From: an uncultured Chloroflexia bacterium
GTDB taxonomy: Bacteria > Chloroflexota > Chloroflexia > Thermomicrobiales > UBA6265
Direction of reading: 5' to 3'
NCBI GenBank assembly: GCA_963724295.1
Contig: CAVRUC010000009.1
Coordinates: 96,001-160,000 of the forward strand
DNA length: 64,000 bases
How positions within the stretch are numbered: position 1 is the stretch's first letter; every line of letters begins with the position of its first letter. This document shows positions 9,664-18,272 of the stretch, one piece after another. A program made the translations under genes and the position numbers. A model generated the notes under the pieces. The model saw only the letters and a program-made list of their open reading frames with translations, was not told where the DNA came from and did not search any database.

Positions 9664-10677
9664 CTACTCGGGAACCGCTACCCGTTCGCCGCCGCGTTCC
9701 AGCGAATCGCGCGCGGCAAGGGAGACGGCCAGCGCTTGCAGGGCGTCGGCCGGGGTAGCGCGGTCCGCAGTGTTCCCGCGGCGAATGGCGTCGACGAAGT
9801 AGTCGCATTCAGCCGCATAGGGATCGACCTGGGCTGGGCTCAACCGCAGAGGATCTCCCTCATTCGGGTAAAGGGTTAGCTCGTTGACTCCTCCTCCCAT
9901 CTCGACGCTGCGGCCGCCAGCGCGGAACGCATACTCCATGGCGCCCTCCTCGCAGAGTACTTCGAGTCGTGAGGAAAAGGGGTACGATTCCGGCATCATC
10001 ATGCCGCCGTCCACGAGCGCGGAAGCGCCGTCGGCGTAGTCAATCAGCACCTGCACCTGGTCGAACCCACCGGAACGCTCGTTGCGCATGCCACGAGCGG
10101 TGACGGCTTGCGGTGCACCGAAAATCCAGTTCAATGCGTCATAGTCGTGGATCATCATGTCAATGACCGCTCCTCCTGTAAGATCGGAGCGGCTGAACAA
10201 CGCTGACCACGCCGGGAAGGGTTGCCTGCGCGAGGCGAATCCGGAGCGGGGCCGCCCTAACTCGCCGTTCGCCACCCGCCTGGCAATTTCGACATATTCC
10301 GGCCAGAAGCGCAGGACGTGCGCGATCATGAAGACGCGGTCGGTCGCCTCGTTGGCCCGAACGAGCGCTTGAGCATCTTCCAGTGAGAGGGCGATCGGCT
10401 TCTCGAGCAGGACGTGCTTGCCAGCGGCGAGCGCGGCCTCGGTGACCTCCCGGTGTTGTGGAGTGGGCAGACAGATATCGACTGCCTCGATGCCAGGGTC
10501 TGTCAGCAGCTCCTGCAAATCGTCCGTCCAGCGCGAACCGATCTCACGCGCCAGCGGATCACCACGATCGGGACTCGGAGCGTAGACAGCCGCCACCGCG
10601 ACCTCGGGCATCGCGGCGTACGCTTTGGCGTGCGTGCTCCCCATGAACCCGGCCCCCAACACCGCGACTTGGACCAT
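9664..10677 (-). CDS. Gfo/Idh/MocA family oxidoreductase
   Basis: VAVLGAGFMG Rossmann motif, GKHVLLEKP and GGAVIDMMIHDYD. Confidence 0.92.
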   Translation of the reverse strand: MVQVAVLGAGFMGSTHAKAYAAMPEVAVAAVYAPSPDRGDPLAREIGSRWTDDLQELLTDPGIEAVDICLPTPQHREVTEAALAAGKHVLLEKPIALSLEDAQALVRANEATDRVFMIAHVLRFWPEYVEIARRVANGELGRPRSGFASRRQPFPAWSALFSRSDLTGGAVIDMMIHDYDALNWIFGAPQAVTARGMRNERSGGFDQVQVLIDYADGASALVDGGMMMPESYPFSSRLEVLCEEGAMEYAFRAGGRSVEMGGGVNELTLYPNEGDPLRLSPAQVDPYAAECDYFVDAIRRGNTADRATPADALQALAVSLAARDSLERGGERVAVPE

Positions 10678-10735
10678 TACCCTGTCTCCCACGTGGCTAA
10701 CGGGTGTCGACTCTTGGTTATCCGCTTATTCTCGT

Positions 10736-10799
10736 TCTTGCCGTCTTGCCGTCTTGCCGTCTTGCCGTCTTGCCGTCTTGCCGTCTTGCCGTCTTGCCG
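10736..10799. repeat. Perfect octamer tandem repeat (TCTTGCCG)x8
   Basis: Eight exact copies immediately after the stop codon of the minus-strand isomerase gene. Confidence 0.97.
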
Positions 10800-11618
10800 C
10801 TATTCCGGGACGAACTGCCGGACATAGCGAAACGACTCCGCCATGGCGCGATCGACCTCTGTCAGCGGGGGCCAGGGTTCGCCCTGGAACTCGATCTCGA
10901 TCGAGCAGGGACCGTCGAATCCGGCATCGTCCAGCACCTTGAAGAGAGCGGCAAAATCGACCTCGCCGGTGCCAACCTGCGGGAAGTTCCAGACACCGAC
11001 GCCGCCGATCTGGTCCTTCACGTGCATGTGGGTGACCTTGTCGACCGAGCGAGGAAGATCAGCTTCCGGCCGCGTGTCCCCGTAGTGGATGACATTGCCC
11101 GGGTCGTAATTGATGCCGATGTTCGGCCGGCCGATGTCGGCGATGAGGGCCTTGGAGATCTCACCGGTCGCCAGGAGACCACCGTGGGTCTCCAGGCAGA
11201 TGTCGATGCCATCCTGGGCCGCTTCGTCGGCAAGCGGACCGATGCGCTGCAGGAACGCCGCGCGCTGATCCTCGAGACTGCCGCTCGAAGTGTCGGCGTG
11301 CCCGCCGGTGGACGTCGTGATCTTGGTGATCCCCAGCTTGCGAGCGATATCGAGCGCTTTACGGAACTCCGTCACCCCTTCGTCGCTGACGAGGTCTGAG
11401 TGTCCGGAGAGACTAACCGCCGTCAACCCGTACCGGGCCAGCAAGTCCTTCACTCGCTGAATCTCGGCGTCGTCGGCATCGCGGCTGACGTGCTCCGTCC
11501 AGCCGGGAACGCTGGTCAGCTCGACCGACCGGAACCCGGCGCGGGAGATCCCGTCCAGCGCCTCCTCGAGGCTGTACGAGTGGTACGTGTTCGTCGACGC
11601 GGCGAGACGATCGGCCAT
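10800..11618 (-). CDS. Sugar phosphate isomerase/epimerase (xylose-isomerase-like TIM barrel)
   Basis: Metal ligands CLETHG, NYDPGN, HMHVKD and SIEIE; GTGEVDF. Confidence 0.9.
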   Translation of the reverse strand: MADRLAASTNTYHSYSLEEALDGISRAGFRSVELTSVPGWTEHVSRDADDAEIQRVKDLLARYGLTAVSLSGHSDLVSDEGVTEFRKALDIARKLGITKITTSTGGHADTSSGSLEDQRAAFLQRIGPLADEAAQDGIDICLETHGGLLATGEISKALIADIGRPNIGINYDPGNVIHYGDTRPEADLPRSVDKVTHMHVKDQIGGVGVWNFPQVGTGEVDFAALFKVLDDAGFDGPCSIEIEFQGEPWPPLTEVDRAMAESFRYVRQFVPE

Positions 11619-11660
11619 GGGTCTCCTCCATCAGCGACTTTTCCGGCAAACGGGCGATCC

Positions 11661-12023
11661 TCAGTCTTTGAACCACTGTCTTCCTGGTTTGAATTGCATG
11701 TACTCGTAGATAACGCCATCTTCGCGGGTAAAGGCGACTTTGGCGAAGGGTGGGTCGCCGACTTCAAACAGAAGGCAGACGTCTTTACCCGCAATGTGCT
11801 CGTTGAGGTCATCGACCGCGTAGGCGACATGAGGCGAGCTCTTGAAGTCCTCAGGCAAATGCGAATCTGGCTCGTAGCGCAACCATTCGATCTTGTTTGG
11901 ATGTGAGCGGGGATCGGTCACCCAGACTTTCGTCAATGGGACAAAATCTTCCTCCGGCTGCGGATCGAAAGCGCGCAAGCCAACGTGATGGAACCGCTTT
12001 TCGGGGCGCGGCTCGATGATCAT
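11661..12023 (-). CDS. Small VOC/glyoxalase-like hypothetical protein
   Basis: FHHVGL, KIEWLR, HVAYAVDDL and IYEYMQ fit a beta-alpha-beta-beta-beta pattern; GAGGTG RBS. Confidence 0.65.
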   Translation of the reverse strand: MIIEPRPEKRFHHVGLRAFDPQPEEDFVPLTKVWVTDPRSHPNKIEWLRYEPDSHLPEDFKSSPHVAYAVDDLNEHIAGKDVCLLFEVGDPPFAKVAFTREDGVIYEYMQFKPGRQWFKD

Positions 12024-12055
12024 CAATTCACCTCAGGTGCTAGAACAGTCCGAGC

Positions 12056-12087
12056 ACTGGCCGCGGGCAGTGATGCCCGCGGCCAGT
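12056..12087 (-). terminator. GC-rich stem-loop after the substrate-binding protein gene
   Basis: ACTGGCCGCGGGCA-GTGA-TGCCCGCGGCCAGT, a 14-bp stem. Confidence 0.65.
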
Positions 12088-12103
12088 CAGCGTCTCAAGT
12101 CAG

Positions 12104-13267
12104 CTACGCGCCCGCGCTTTCCGGTGGCGTCAGCGAGGCGAAGTCCTCGCTCAGCTCGAAGGCGAGGGCCTCCTCTTTGACCGCGTCGTGGTCGAAGTCG
12201 TTGTAGGCGGCTACCCAGTCGTTGCTGACCACGTCGGCGGCTGTCAGCTCCTTCGTAAGTTGCTCAATATCAAAGGTCGTCTTGAGGAAGAGATCCCAGT
12301 CCGCCTCATTGTGCCAGCCCCAGCCCTCGCGCTCGTCCCAATTGCCGCGGAAGACGTCGGCGAGTTGTCCCAGTGATTCAACGGCGATCTGCTTGTCCTC
12401 GAAGACCTCATTCAACGCGGGGAGAGCTTCGAAGGCAATTTGGGTCGCCGCAAGCGGGTTGTGGTACCCAAACTCCAGACCCTGCGCCCAGCCGCGGAAA
12501 TAGCGGCCGTAGATGTCGGCGAGGGCCTCGTCCTCGAAGTCGGAGCGCCGAATGACGTAGGAGTTGGCCGGGAACTTCGACCAGTCCTTGCCCAGGATGT
12601 AGTCGAAGTCGAGACCGATAGCAGCCCACTGGGCGCGCAATCCCTCCCAGCAGAGCGCGGAGTCTGCCTGACCTTGCGCCAGGGTCTGGCCCCACTGCGG
12701 ACCGGCGTCAACATAGTTCACTTTGGTCGGGTCTCCACCGGCCTGCGCGATCTCGGGGTTGACGATGCCCTGCCACCCGGCCGACCCGAGGGCAATGGTC
12801 TTCCCTTCCAGGTCCTTGACGCTCGCAAGCGCCTCCCCCTTCCGGAAGGCGAAATCGAAGACGTCGTATGAGCACATCTCGAAGACCGAGATAAGCGGGC
12901 TACCCTGCTCAATCATCAGGGTGAAGACGCCTGGTGACGGGTAGGCGACGTCCGCCTGTCCGGTGTCGACCGCCTTGGTGCCAGCTGTGGCTTCGATCGG
13001 GCCTGGTTCCAGGGTGGTCTGGATATCGCCGAAGTAGCCCATCTTGATAGCGACGTGGTACGCGTAGTCGTCGAGGACATCAATCGTGCCGCGCGGCGAC
13101 ACCCAGCGAATCGAGTTCTCGGCCGGCTGCGCGACCACGATGCTGCTTCGCTCGAGCGCCTGTAACGCGACGCCACTGATGCCGAGCGCCGCCGCACCCT
13201 TGACGAGACCGCGGCGGCTGATGCTGCCGGCGGCGAAGCGCTCGATGAGCGTATCCAGCTGATGCAT
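12104..13267 (-). CDS. ABC transporter substrate-binding protein, NMT1/THI5 (TauA/SsuA-like) family, Tat signal
   Basis: ISRRGLVKGAAALG Tat leader; MGYF, VKDLEGKTIA, GQADSA and YFRGWAQG; co-oriented with the permease and ATPase. Confidence 0.85.
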   Translation of the reverse strand: MHQLDTLIERFAAGSISRRGLVKGAAALGISGVALQALERSSIVVAQPAENSIRWVSPRGTIDVLDDYAYHVAIKMGYFGDIQTTLEPGPIEATAGTKAVDTGQADVAYPSPGVFTLMIEQGSPLISVFEMCSYDVFDFAFRKGEALASVKDLEGKTIALGSAGWQGIVNPEIAQAGGDPTKVNYVDAGPQWGQTLAQGQADSALCWEGLRAQWAAIGLDFDYILGKDWSKFPANSYVIRRSDFEDEALADIYGRYFRGWAQGLEFGYHNPLAATQIAFEALPALNEVFEDKQIAVESLGQLADVFRGNWDEREGWGWHNEADWDLFLKTTFDIEQLTKELTAADVVSNDWVAAYNDFDHDAVKEEALAFELSEDFASLTPPESAGA

Positions 13268-13440
13268 GGGTTTCAGTCCTCCTAATTTCCTGGCTGCGGC
13301 GCGCGAACCCGGCGCCGTCGATACCGGATCTTCCAGTCGATCCCCGTGGCCAGGCTACGTCGCCGGCCCGAGTCAGGAAGCAGTGCACTCCTGTCTCTGT
13401 CTGGTTCGGTACGCGCGGGGTGCGTGCCCTCCTTTCACGG

Positions 13441-13516
13441 AGTCGGTCAGTCGGTGAGTCGGTAAGTCGGTAAGAAGAAACTTTCTTGCCGACCGGCCGA
13501 CTTCCGACTCCCGACT
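13441..13516. repeat. Inverted array of AGTCGG(T)N units forming a long hairpin
   Basis: AGTCGGTC-AGTCGGTG-AGTCGGTA-AGTCGGTA-AGAAG-AAA-CTTTCT-TGCCGACC-GGCCGACT-TCCGACT-CCCGACT. Confidence 0.85.
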
Positions 13517-13520
13517 TCGT

Positions 13521-14378
13521 TCACGCCTGCCAACCGGCCCACTTCTTGCCGATCCAGTAGAAGATGACGTAGATGGAGACGCCCATCAGCGCCAGGAGCA
13601 GGATGATCGCATAGAAGTTTTCCATCTTGACCATCGACGACCAGAACATGAGCTGGTTGCCGAGCCCGTTCTTGCCGCCAACCATCTCGGCGCCGACGGC
13701 AGTCAACATGCCGAAGATCGCGCCGACCATCAGCCCGACGATGATCATCGGCAAGGCGAGAGGGAAGCGGATCTTGGTGAAGATCTGGAACGTCGATGCC
13801 CCATACGACCGGGCTAGTGCGATCTTCGCCAGGTCAGTGCGACGGAACCCGGTGGCGGCGTTGATCATCACCATCGGCCCGGAGGCCAGCGCCACCGCGA
13901 TGATGCGCGGCGTCAAGGTGAACCCGAAGACCAGGATCAGGAGCGGCACCAGCGCGATCATGGGCGTGGTCACCAGGAGCAGGATGTATGGGGTGATGAT
14001 CTTTTCCATCAGCGGGACCTGAGTGATCACCGCGGCGAGGATGAGTCCAATGCTGGCGCCGATGGCAAAGCCGCTCAGCAATTCGATCAACGTAATCTGC
14101 ATGTGTGGCCAGAAGAGATCGGGAAAGCGGGTAAAGAGCGTCGTGGCAATGGCGCTAGGTGGCGGAAAGATGTAGCTCTGAATGTTGAAAAAGCTCACCG
14201 CGAGTTCCGCGCCGACGATGAGCACCACCGCCACCAGTAGGATCAGCCCGACCTCACCCCAGTTGCGCGCGAAGCCCTGGCTGGTCAGTGCCGACCAGTT
14301 CGTGAGACTGACCTCGCCGTCGCCCTGGGCCTCAGCCTGATTGAATGTTGGAATCGTTTCCCGTAGTTCACTCGCCAT
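13521..14378 (-). CDS. ABC transporter permease (SsuC/TauC type)
   Basis: FPPPSAI, P.IALVPLLIL.FG, EAA-like loop ARSYGASTFQIFTKIRFPLALP and AEMVGG..GLG. Confidence 0.92.
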   Translation of the reverse strand: MASELRETIPTFNQAEAQGDGEVSLTNWSALTSQGFARNWGEVGLILLVAVVLIVGAELAVSFFNIQSYIFPPPSAIATTLFTRFPDLFWPHMQITLIELLSGFAIGASIGLILAAVITQVPLMEKIITPYILLLVTTPMIALVPLLILVFGFTLTPRIIAVALASGPMVMINAATGFRRTDLAKIALARSYGASTFQIFTKIRFPLALPMIIVGLMVGAIFGMLTAVGAEMVGGKNGLGNQLMFWSSMVKMENFYAIILLLALMGVSIYVIFYWIGKKWAGWQA

Positions 14379-14429
14379 CGTCGGTCTCCTGCCGCACGTA
14401 TCGCGTGATGAAGGTTGCCTGCCGCGCGG

Positions 14430-15302
14430 CTAGCCCAGATGCAGGACGTCCGCCATCGCCGCCGTATTGCCGTGGGCCCCTCGCTCGATCGTCGCCTTGA
14501 CCTTCAGGATCATCTCGATGAACTCCGGGGAGAACGTCATGTCGATCGTGCGAGGCCGCGGCAAGTTGACCGGAAAGACGTGCGCCAGGCGGCCCGGCCG
14601 GGGCGTGAGCACGACGACCCGGTCGGCCAGGAAGATCGCCTCGGATACGTTGTGCGTGACGAAGACGATCGTCTTACCGGTCTCCATCCAGATCTTCTGG
14701 ATGAGGAGGTTCATCTCGTCGCGGGTGAAGGCGTCGAGCGCGCCGAACGGCTCGTCCATGAGGATCACATCCGGGTCGTAGGAGAGGCAGCGCACGATGC
14801 TGGCGCGCTGCTGCATGCCGCCGGAAAGCTCGCGCGGCATCTTCTTCTCGAACCCGGCCAGACCGACATCGTCCAGCAGTCGCTTGACGCGACCTTCGTA
14901 TGGTTTGAAGTCGATCTTCTTGATCTCGAACGGGAACTGGATGTTCTGCCAGAGGTCGCGCCAGGGCAGCAGGTTGGCATCCTGGAAGATCATGCCGATC
15001 TCGGGCCGGGGTCCGGTGACCGGTGTGCCGTTGATCAGAACCTGCCCACCCGTCAGGTCATGCAACCCGGACATCCCCCACAAGAGCGTGCTCTTGCCGC
15101 ACCCGGATGGGCCGAGAATGCAGATGAACTCGCCCTGCGGGATCTCGAGCGAGAGGTCCTCCAGGGCGTGCACCGTACCGGTACCAGTCTTGTAATGCTT
15201 GGTGACGTGCTGGACCGACATCATGATCGGTCGCTCGCCGGGGACCCCAGCGGTCCCGGCGCCGTTTCCGCTCGCGATCAGCTGGGGTTTCGTGTCGACC
15301 AT
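14430..15302 (-). CDS. ABC transporter ATP-binding protein (SsuB/TauB type)
   Basis: GPSGCGKST, LSGGMQQR, LMDEPFGALD and VTHNVSEA. Confidence 0.95.
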   Translation of the reverse strand: MVDTKPQLIASGNGAGTAGVPGERPIMMSVQHVTKHYKTGTGTVHALEDLSLEIPQGEFICILGPSGCGKSTLLWGMSGLHDLTGGQVLINGTPVTGPRPEIGMIFQDANLLPWRDLWQNIQFPFEIKKIDFKPYEGRVKRLLDDVGLAGFEKKMPRELSGGMQQRASIVRCLSYDPDVILMDEPFGALDAFTRDEMNLLIQKIWMETGKTIVFVTHNVSEAIFLADRVVVLTPRPGRLAHVFPVNLPRPRTIDMTFSPEFIEMILKVKATIERGAHGNTAAMADVLHLG

Positions 15303-15444
15303 TCCTGTTCTGAAGCCTCCCGCGTCCTGCCGTTTCCGAGAGGCTGCTGGTCACCTGCCGCGGGAAGGCACAGTTCGTTCCCCGCGGGGGCGCCGTCTCC
15401 GGTCACCGGGTCACGCTGTTGTCATAGGCATCATGTACCGAGAA

Positions 15445-15474
15445 AGTTTATGAAATCGTGCGAGACCGTGTCAA
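15445..15474 (-). promoter_or_regulatory. Sigma70-type promoter of the ABC/ureohydrolase operon
   Basis: Minus strand TTGACA (15474-15469), 18-nt spacer, TAAACT (15450-15445). Confidence 0.6.
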
Positions 15475-15480
15475 CGCCAC

Positions 15481-15600
15481 GCCCCTCATCCCCGGCCCTT
15501 CTCTGCCCCTCCCCCTCGGAGCGGGGAGAAGGGAGCACTGCCGGCGACGGTGGTGAGCGCCCCTCTCCCAGCGCACTGGGAGAGGGGTTGGGGTGAGGGC
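15481..15600. repeat. REP/REPIN-like element (CCCTCACCCC..CCCTCTCCC..GGGAGAGGGG type), inverted pair
   Basis: Left arm GCCCCTCATCCCCGGCCCTTCTC...GGGGAGAAGGG; right arm CCCCTCTCCCAGCGCACTGGGAGAGGGGTTGGGGTGAGGGC. Confidence 0.75.
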
Positions 15601-15611
15601 CGTCGTACGGG

Positions 15612-17072
15612 TTAGCCAGCAGGCGTGGGCGACGCCTCGACGTCCTCGATCGCCTCGGGCACGACCGTCTCGGCGATCGCTGCGTCGTCGTCGGCGGCTT
15701 CCGGTGTAGCCACGTCGCCCGTCTGGATCGCGACCGGCGCCATCAGTGCCAGCAGCGTCAACGTCTGGTCGTCCGGACGGCCAAGCGCGACAAGGTCGTA
15801 GGTCACGCCCTCCTCGAGCGTGGCATCGGATTGCAGCGCGACGGTCATGTCCTCCCCGCCTGGCCGTACCTCCAGCGCATAGTCCCCAGCATCAAGGACG
15901 ATGTAGTCGGTAGCCTCTCGGAACTCTACATCTTCGAACAGGTTCTCTTCGCTCCCCTCGATACCGACGTCGAACGCGTCAGCGTCAGGCGAGGCGTGAA
16001 TGACGCGCAGCCGCGCCTGCCCCTGAGCCAGGGGCCGCAGATCAGTGCCAGTGATCGTCGCCTCGAGGTCGTCGCCAGCGCCTGTGACCAGGATCTCGTA
16101 GGCCTGCCCGGGATCGAAATCGAGACCCGTATCGATGATCGCCTCTTCGACCGGGGTACCGGTGGCGGTGACGCGAACCCCTCGGTCGGCGCCGCTTGGC
16201 GCCAGGACGTACTCGGTGGCGGTACCGAACTCCAGGTTCTCAGCGATCTGAGCGTCGTTGAGGTAAACGTCGACTGGTGGCGCGTCGGGAGCGGTGTGGA
16301 CGAGGCGAACGCAGGCGTCACTGCTCGATCCCTCGAGTCCCAGGACCTCCCCGCACGACGGCGAGACGGTGGTCACCAGCGATTGCAGCTCGAGCGAATC
16401 GTCCGCAACCTGACCGAGGACGATGACGTCGTAAACGCGCGTCTCTTCGAACGGCAGCTCGCTGACTGTCAGCAGTACTCGGTCCTCCTCACCCCGCACG
16501 TCGGCGCTGTAGGTTCCTGGCGCGATGTCGCTGTAGTCCGAGGCATCGCCTAACTCAACATCGCCAAACCACTCGTCGCCACCGGTTTCGAGCAGATCGA
16601 CCGCACCGGCGTCGGGGGAGAAGTTGAGCAGGCGCACACGAGCATTGCCGGGTTCGATCTCACTCAGGTCGACATCGTAGATGTCGCCACCGATTTCGTT
16701 GAGCAAACCGAACACCGCCACCAAATAGGCCTGCCCCGGTGCCGCGTCGATCGTCTCGTCGACGACGGCGGCATCGGCCGTTTGCCCGGTGGGGACGATT
16801 TGCACCCGGTGCTCCTCGGCGGTCATGGTCGAGTAGCTGCTGGCCGTCCCATAGGCGACCCCTTGCAGCAGAGGCTGGCCATCGAGCAGAACGTCGACCT
16901 CCGGGGCACCGGGTGAAGCGTGGACAATGCGCAGGGTGGCATCGGCTTCGGCGGTCTCGTCTTGTGCCCTCACCGGGCTCGCCTGCAGTGGAATGAGGGC
17001 GGCGACGAGTGCCAGCGCGACGAGCATGGCGGCCACCACCCGTGCGGCGCTCCGTGAGAGAGGCTGCATCAT
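15612..17072 (-). CDS. Secreted DUF4397-domain protein
   Basis: Signal peptide ending VRA-Q; repeats LRIVHASPGAPEVDV, VRLLNFSPDAGAVD, VRLVHTAPDAPPVDV and LRVIHASPDADAFDV. Confidence 0.85.
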   Translation of the reverse strand: MMQPLSRSAARVVAAMLVALALVAALIPLQASPVRAQDETAEADATLRIVHASPGAPEVDVLLDGQPLLQGVAYGTASSYSTMTAEEHRVQIVPTGQTADAAVVDETIDAAPGQAYLVAVFGLLNEIGGDIYDVDLSEIEPGNARVRLLNFSPDAGAVDLLETGGDEWFGDVELGDASDYSDIAPGTYSADVRGEEDRVLLTVSELPFEETRVYDVIVLGQVADDSLELQSLVTTVSPSCGEVLGLEGSSSDACVRLVHTAPDAPPVDVYLNDAQIAENLEFGTATEYVLAPSGADRGVRVTATGTPVEEAIIDTGLDFDPGQAYEILVTGAGDDLEATITGTDLRPLAQGQARLRVIHASPDADAFDVGIEGSEENLFEDVEFREATDYIVLDAGDYALEVRPGGEDMTVALQSDATLEEGVTYDLVALGRPDDQTLTLLALMAPVAIQTGDVATPEAADDDAAIAETVVPEAIEDVEASPTPAG

Positions 17073-17203
17073 TTGCCGGCTCCTTTCGCAGTTTCACCTG
17101 TGGAGTAACGAGAATAATCGCCACGCACTGATGCATGAATCGTTCCAACGGCGCGACCCGAACCGGTTCCAAGGCCCAACCCCCGTGCCGCTGCGGGTCC
17201 CCC

Positions 17204-17261
17204 TTGACAAACGGCGCTTTCCCTATAGAATCACTAATGTCTACTACTTATGTGGACATTA
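17204..17261 (+). promoter_or_regulatory. Sigma70 promoter plus imperfect palindromic operator upstream of the TauE gene
   Basis: TTGACA 17204-17209, 16-nt spacer, TAGAAT 17226-17231; TAATGTCTAC-N7-GTGGACATTA at 17235-17261. Confidence 0.65.
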
Positions 17262-17276
17262 CCGGGGGAGTTGGGC

Positions 17277-18167
17277 GTGGGATTGCAGAAGTTCTTGCTG
17301 CTGGCGCTGTTCGGACTGATCGCTCAGCTCATCGACGGCGCTCTGGGGATGGCCTACGGGCTGACCTCCACCACGTTACTGCTCGCCGCCGGGCTTGCAC
17401 CGGCGGTTGCCTCCGCCAGTGTCCACCTGGCTGAAGTCGGAACCACCCTGGCCTCCGGCGCGGCGCATTGGAAGCTCGGCAACACCGACTGGAAAGCCGT
17501 CCGCTGGCTGGCTCTCCCCGGTGGGGTAGGAGCGTTCGCCGGGGCGACCGTGCTCAGCAACCTCGATGGAGATGCTGCCCGGCCCTGGATCTCCTTCTTC
17601 CTGGTCGTCCTCGGCGGATACGTGCTCGTCCGCTTCGCGTTCCTGGGCGGCCGCATCCAGGTCCGCGAGGGATCACTACGCACGCCGCTTCTCGCTCCGC
17701 TTGGACTCGTCGCCGGGTTCCTCGATGCGGTTGGCGGCGGCGGTTGGGGGCCGATCTCGACTCCCACCCTGATGGCCTCGGGGCGCATGGCGCCCCGCAA
17801 GGTGATTGGCACTGTCGACACCAGTGAGTTCGTCGTTGCCCTTTGTGCCAGTCTCGGCTTCCTGATCTCGCTCGACACATCGGTCTTTGCCGTTCCCGTG
17901 GTCGTTGCGCTCCTCCTGGGCGGCGTCATAGCCGCGCCGATCGCCGCCTGGCTCGTGCGCTGGCTTCACCCGCGTATCCTCGGCGCGGCGGTCGGCGGGC
18001 TGATCGTGCTGACCAACGGCCGCACGCTCCTCAACACCATCGGCGTCGAAGGCAGTCCGCAGATCGCCACCTACGCGATGCTCATCGCGATCTGGTGTGT
18101 GGCCATCGCCGTCGTCGTCCGCGCCATCCGCTCAGAGCGGCGCCAGATGGCGACTGCGACCGCCTGA
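17277..18167 (+). CDS. Sulfite exporter TauE/SafE family membrane protein
   Basis: AQLIDGALGMAYG, SASVHLAE, DAVGGGGWGP and IGTVDTSEF; start uncertain (17250/17277/17283). Confidence 0.9.
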   Translation: MGLQKFLLLALFGLIAQLIDGALGMAYGLTSTTLLLAAGLAPAVASASVHLAEVGTTLASGAAHWKLGNTDWKAVRWLALPGGVGAFAGATVLSNLDGDAARPWISFFLVVLGGYVLVRFAFLGGRIQVREGSLRTPLLAPLGLVAGFLDAVGGGGWGPISTPTLMASGRMAPRKVIGTVDTSEFVVALCASLGFLISLDTSVFAVPVVVALLLGGVIAAPIAAWLVRWLHPRILGAAVGGLIVLTNGRTLLNTIGVEGSPQIATYAMLIAIWCVAIAVVVRAIRSERRQMATATA

Positions 18168-18272
18168 CAGCGCTGACCCCGATGGCTCAACTCGTACCTC
18201 CACTCACCGCCTGAGCGCATCGTCAGGATCCCTGTCCGAGCTGCCTACTCGTCATGGCGCACAATGTGTCTC

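Noticed and set aside
10414..10942. ORFs containing LAVLPSCR peptide repeats
   Set aside because: These are translations of the non-coding octamer tandem repeat.
10736..13516. Possible CRISPR array in the short repeats
   Set aside because: Units are 7-8 nt with no unique spacers, and no cas genes are present.
15303..15445. Guanidine or TPP riboswitch in the leader of the ABC/ureohydrolase operon
   Set aside because: There is one GC stem but no paired ACGR hairpins, guanidine-I tail or TPP CTGAGA...ACCTG motif.
14415..15596. 393-aa plus-strand ORF (likewise 38830..40125, 26271..27395, 44839..46011)
   Set aside because: Antisense to well-supported genes, with Arg/Gly/Ala-rich non-protein-like composition.
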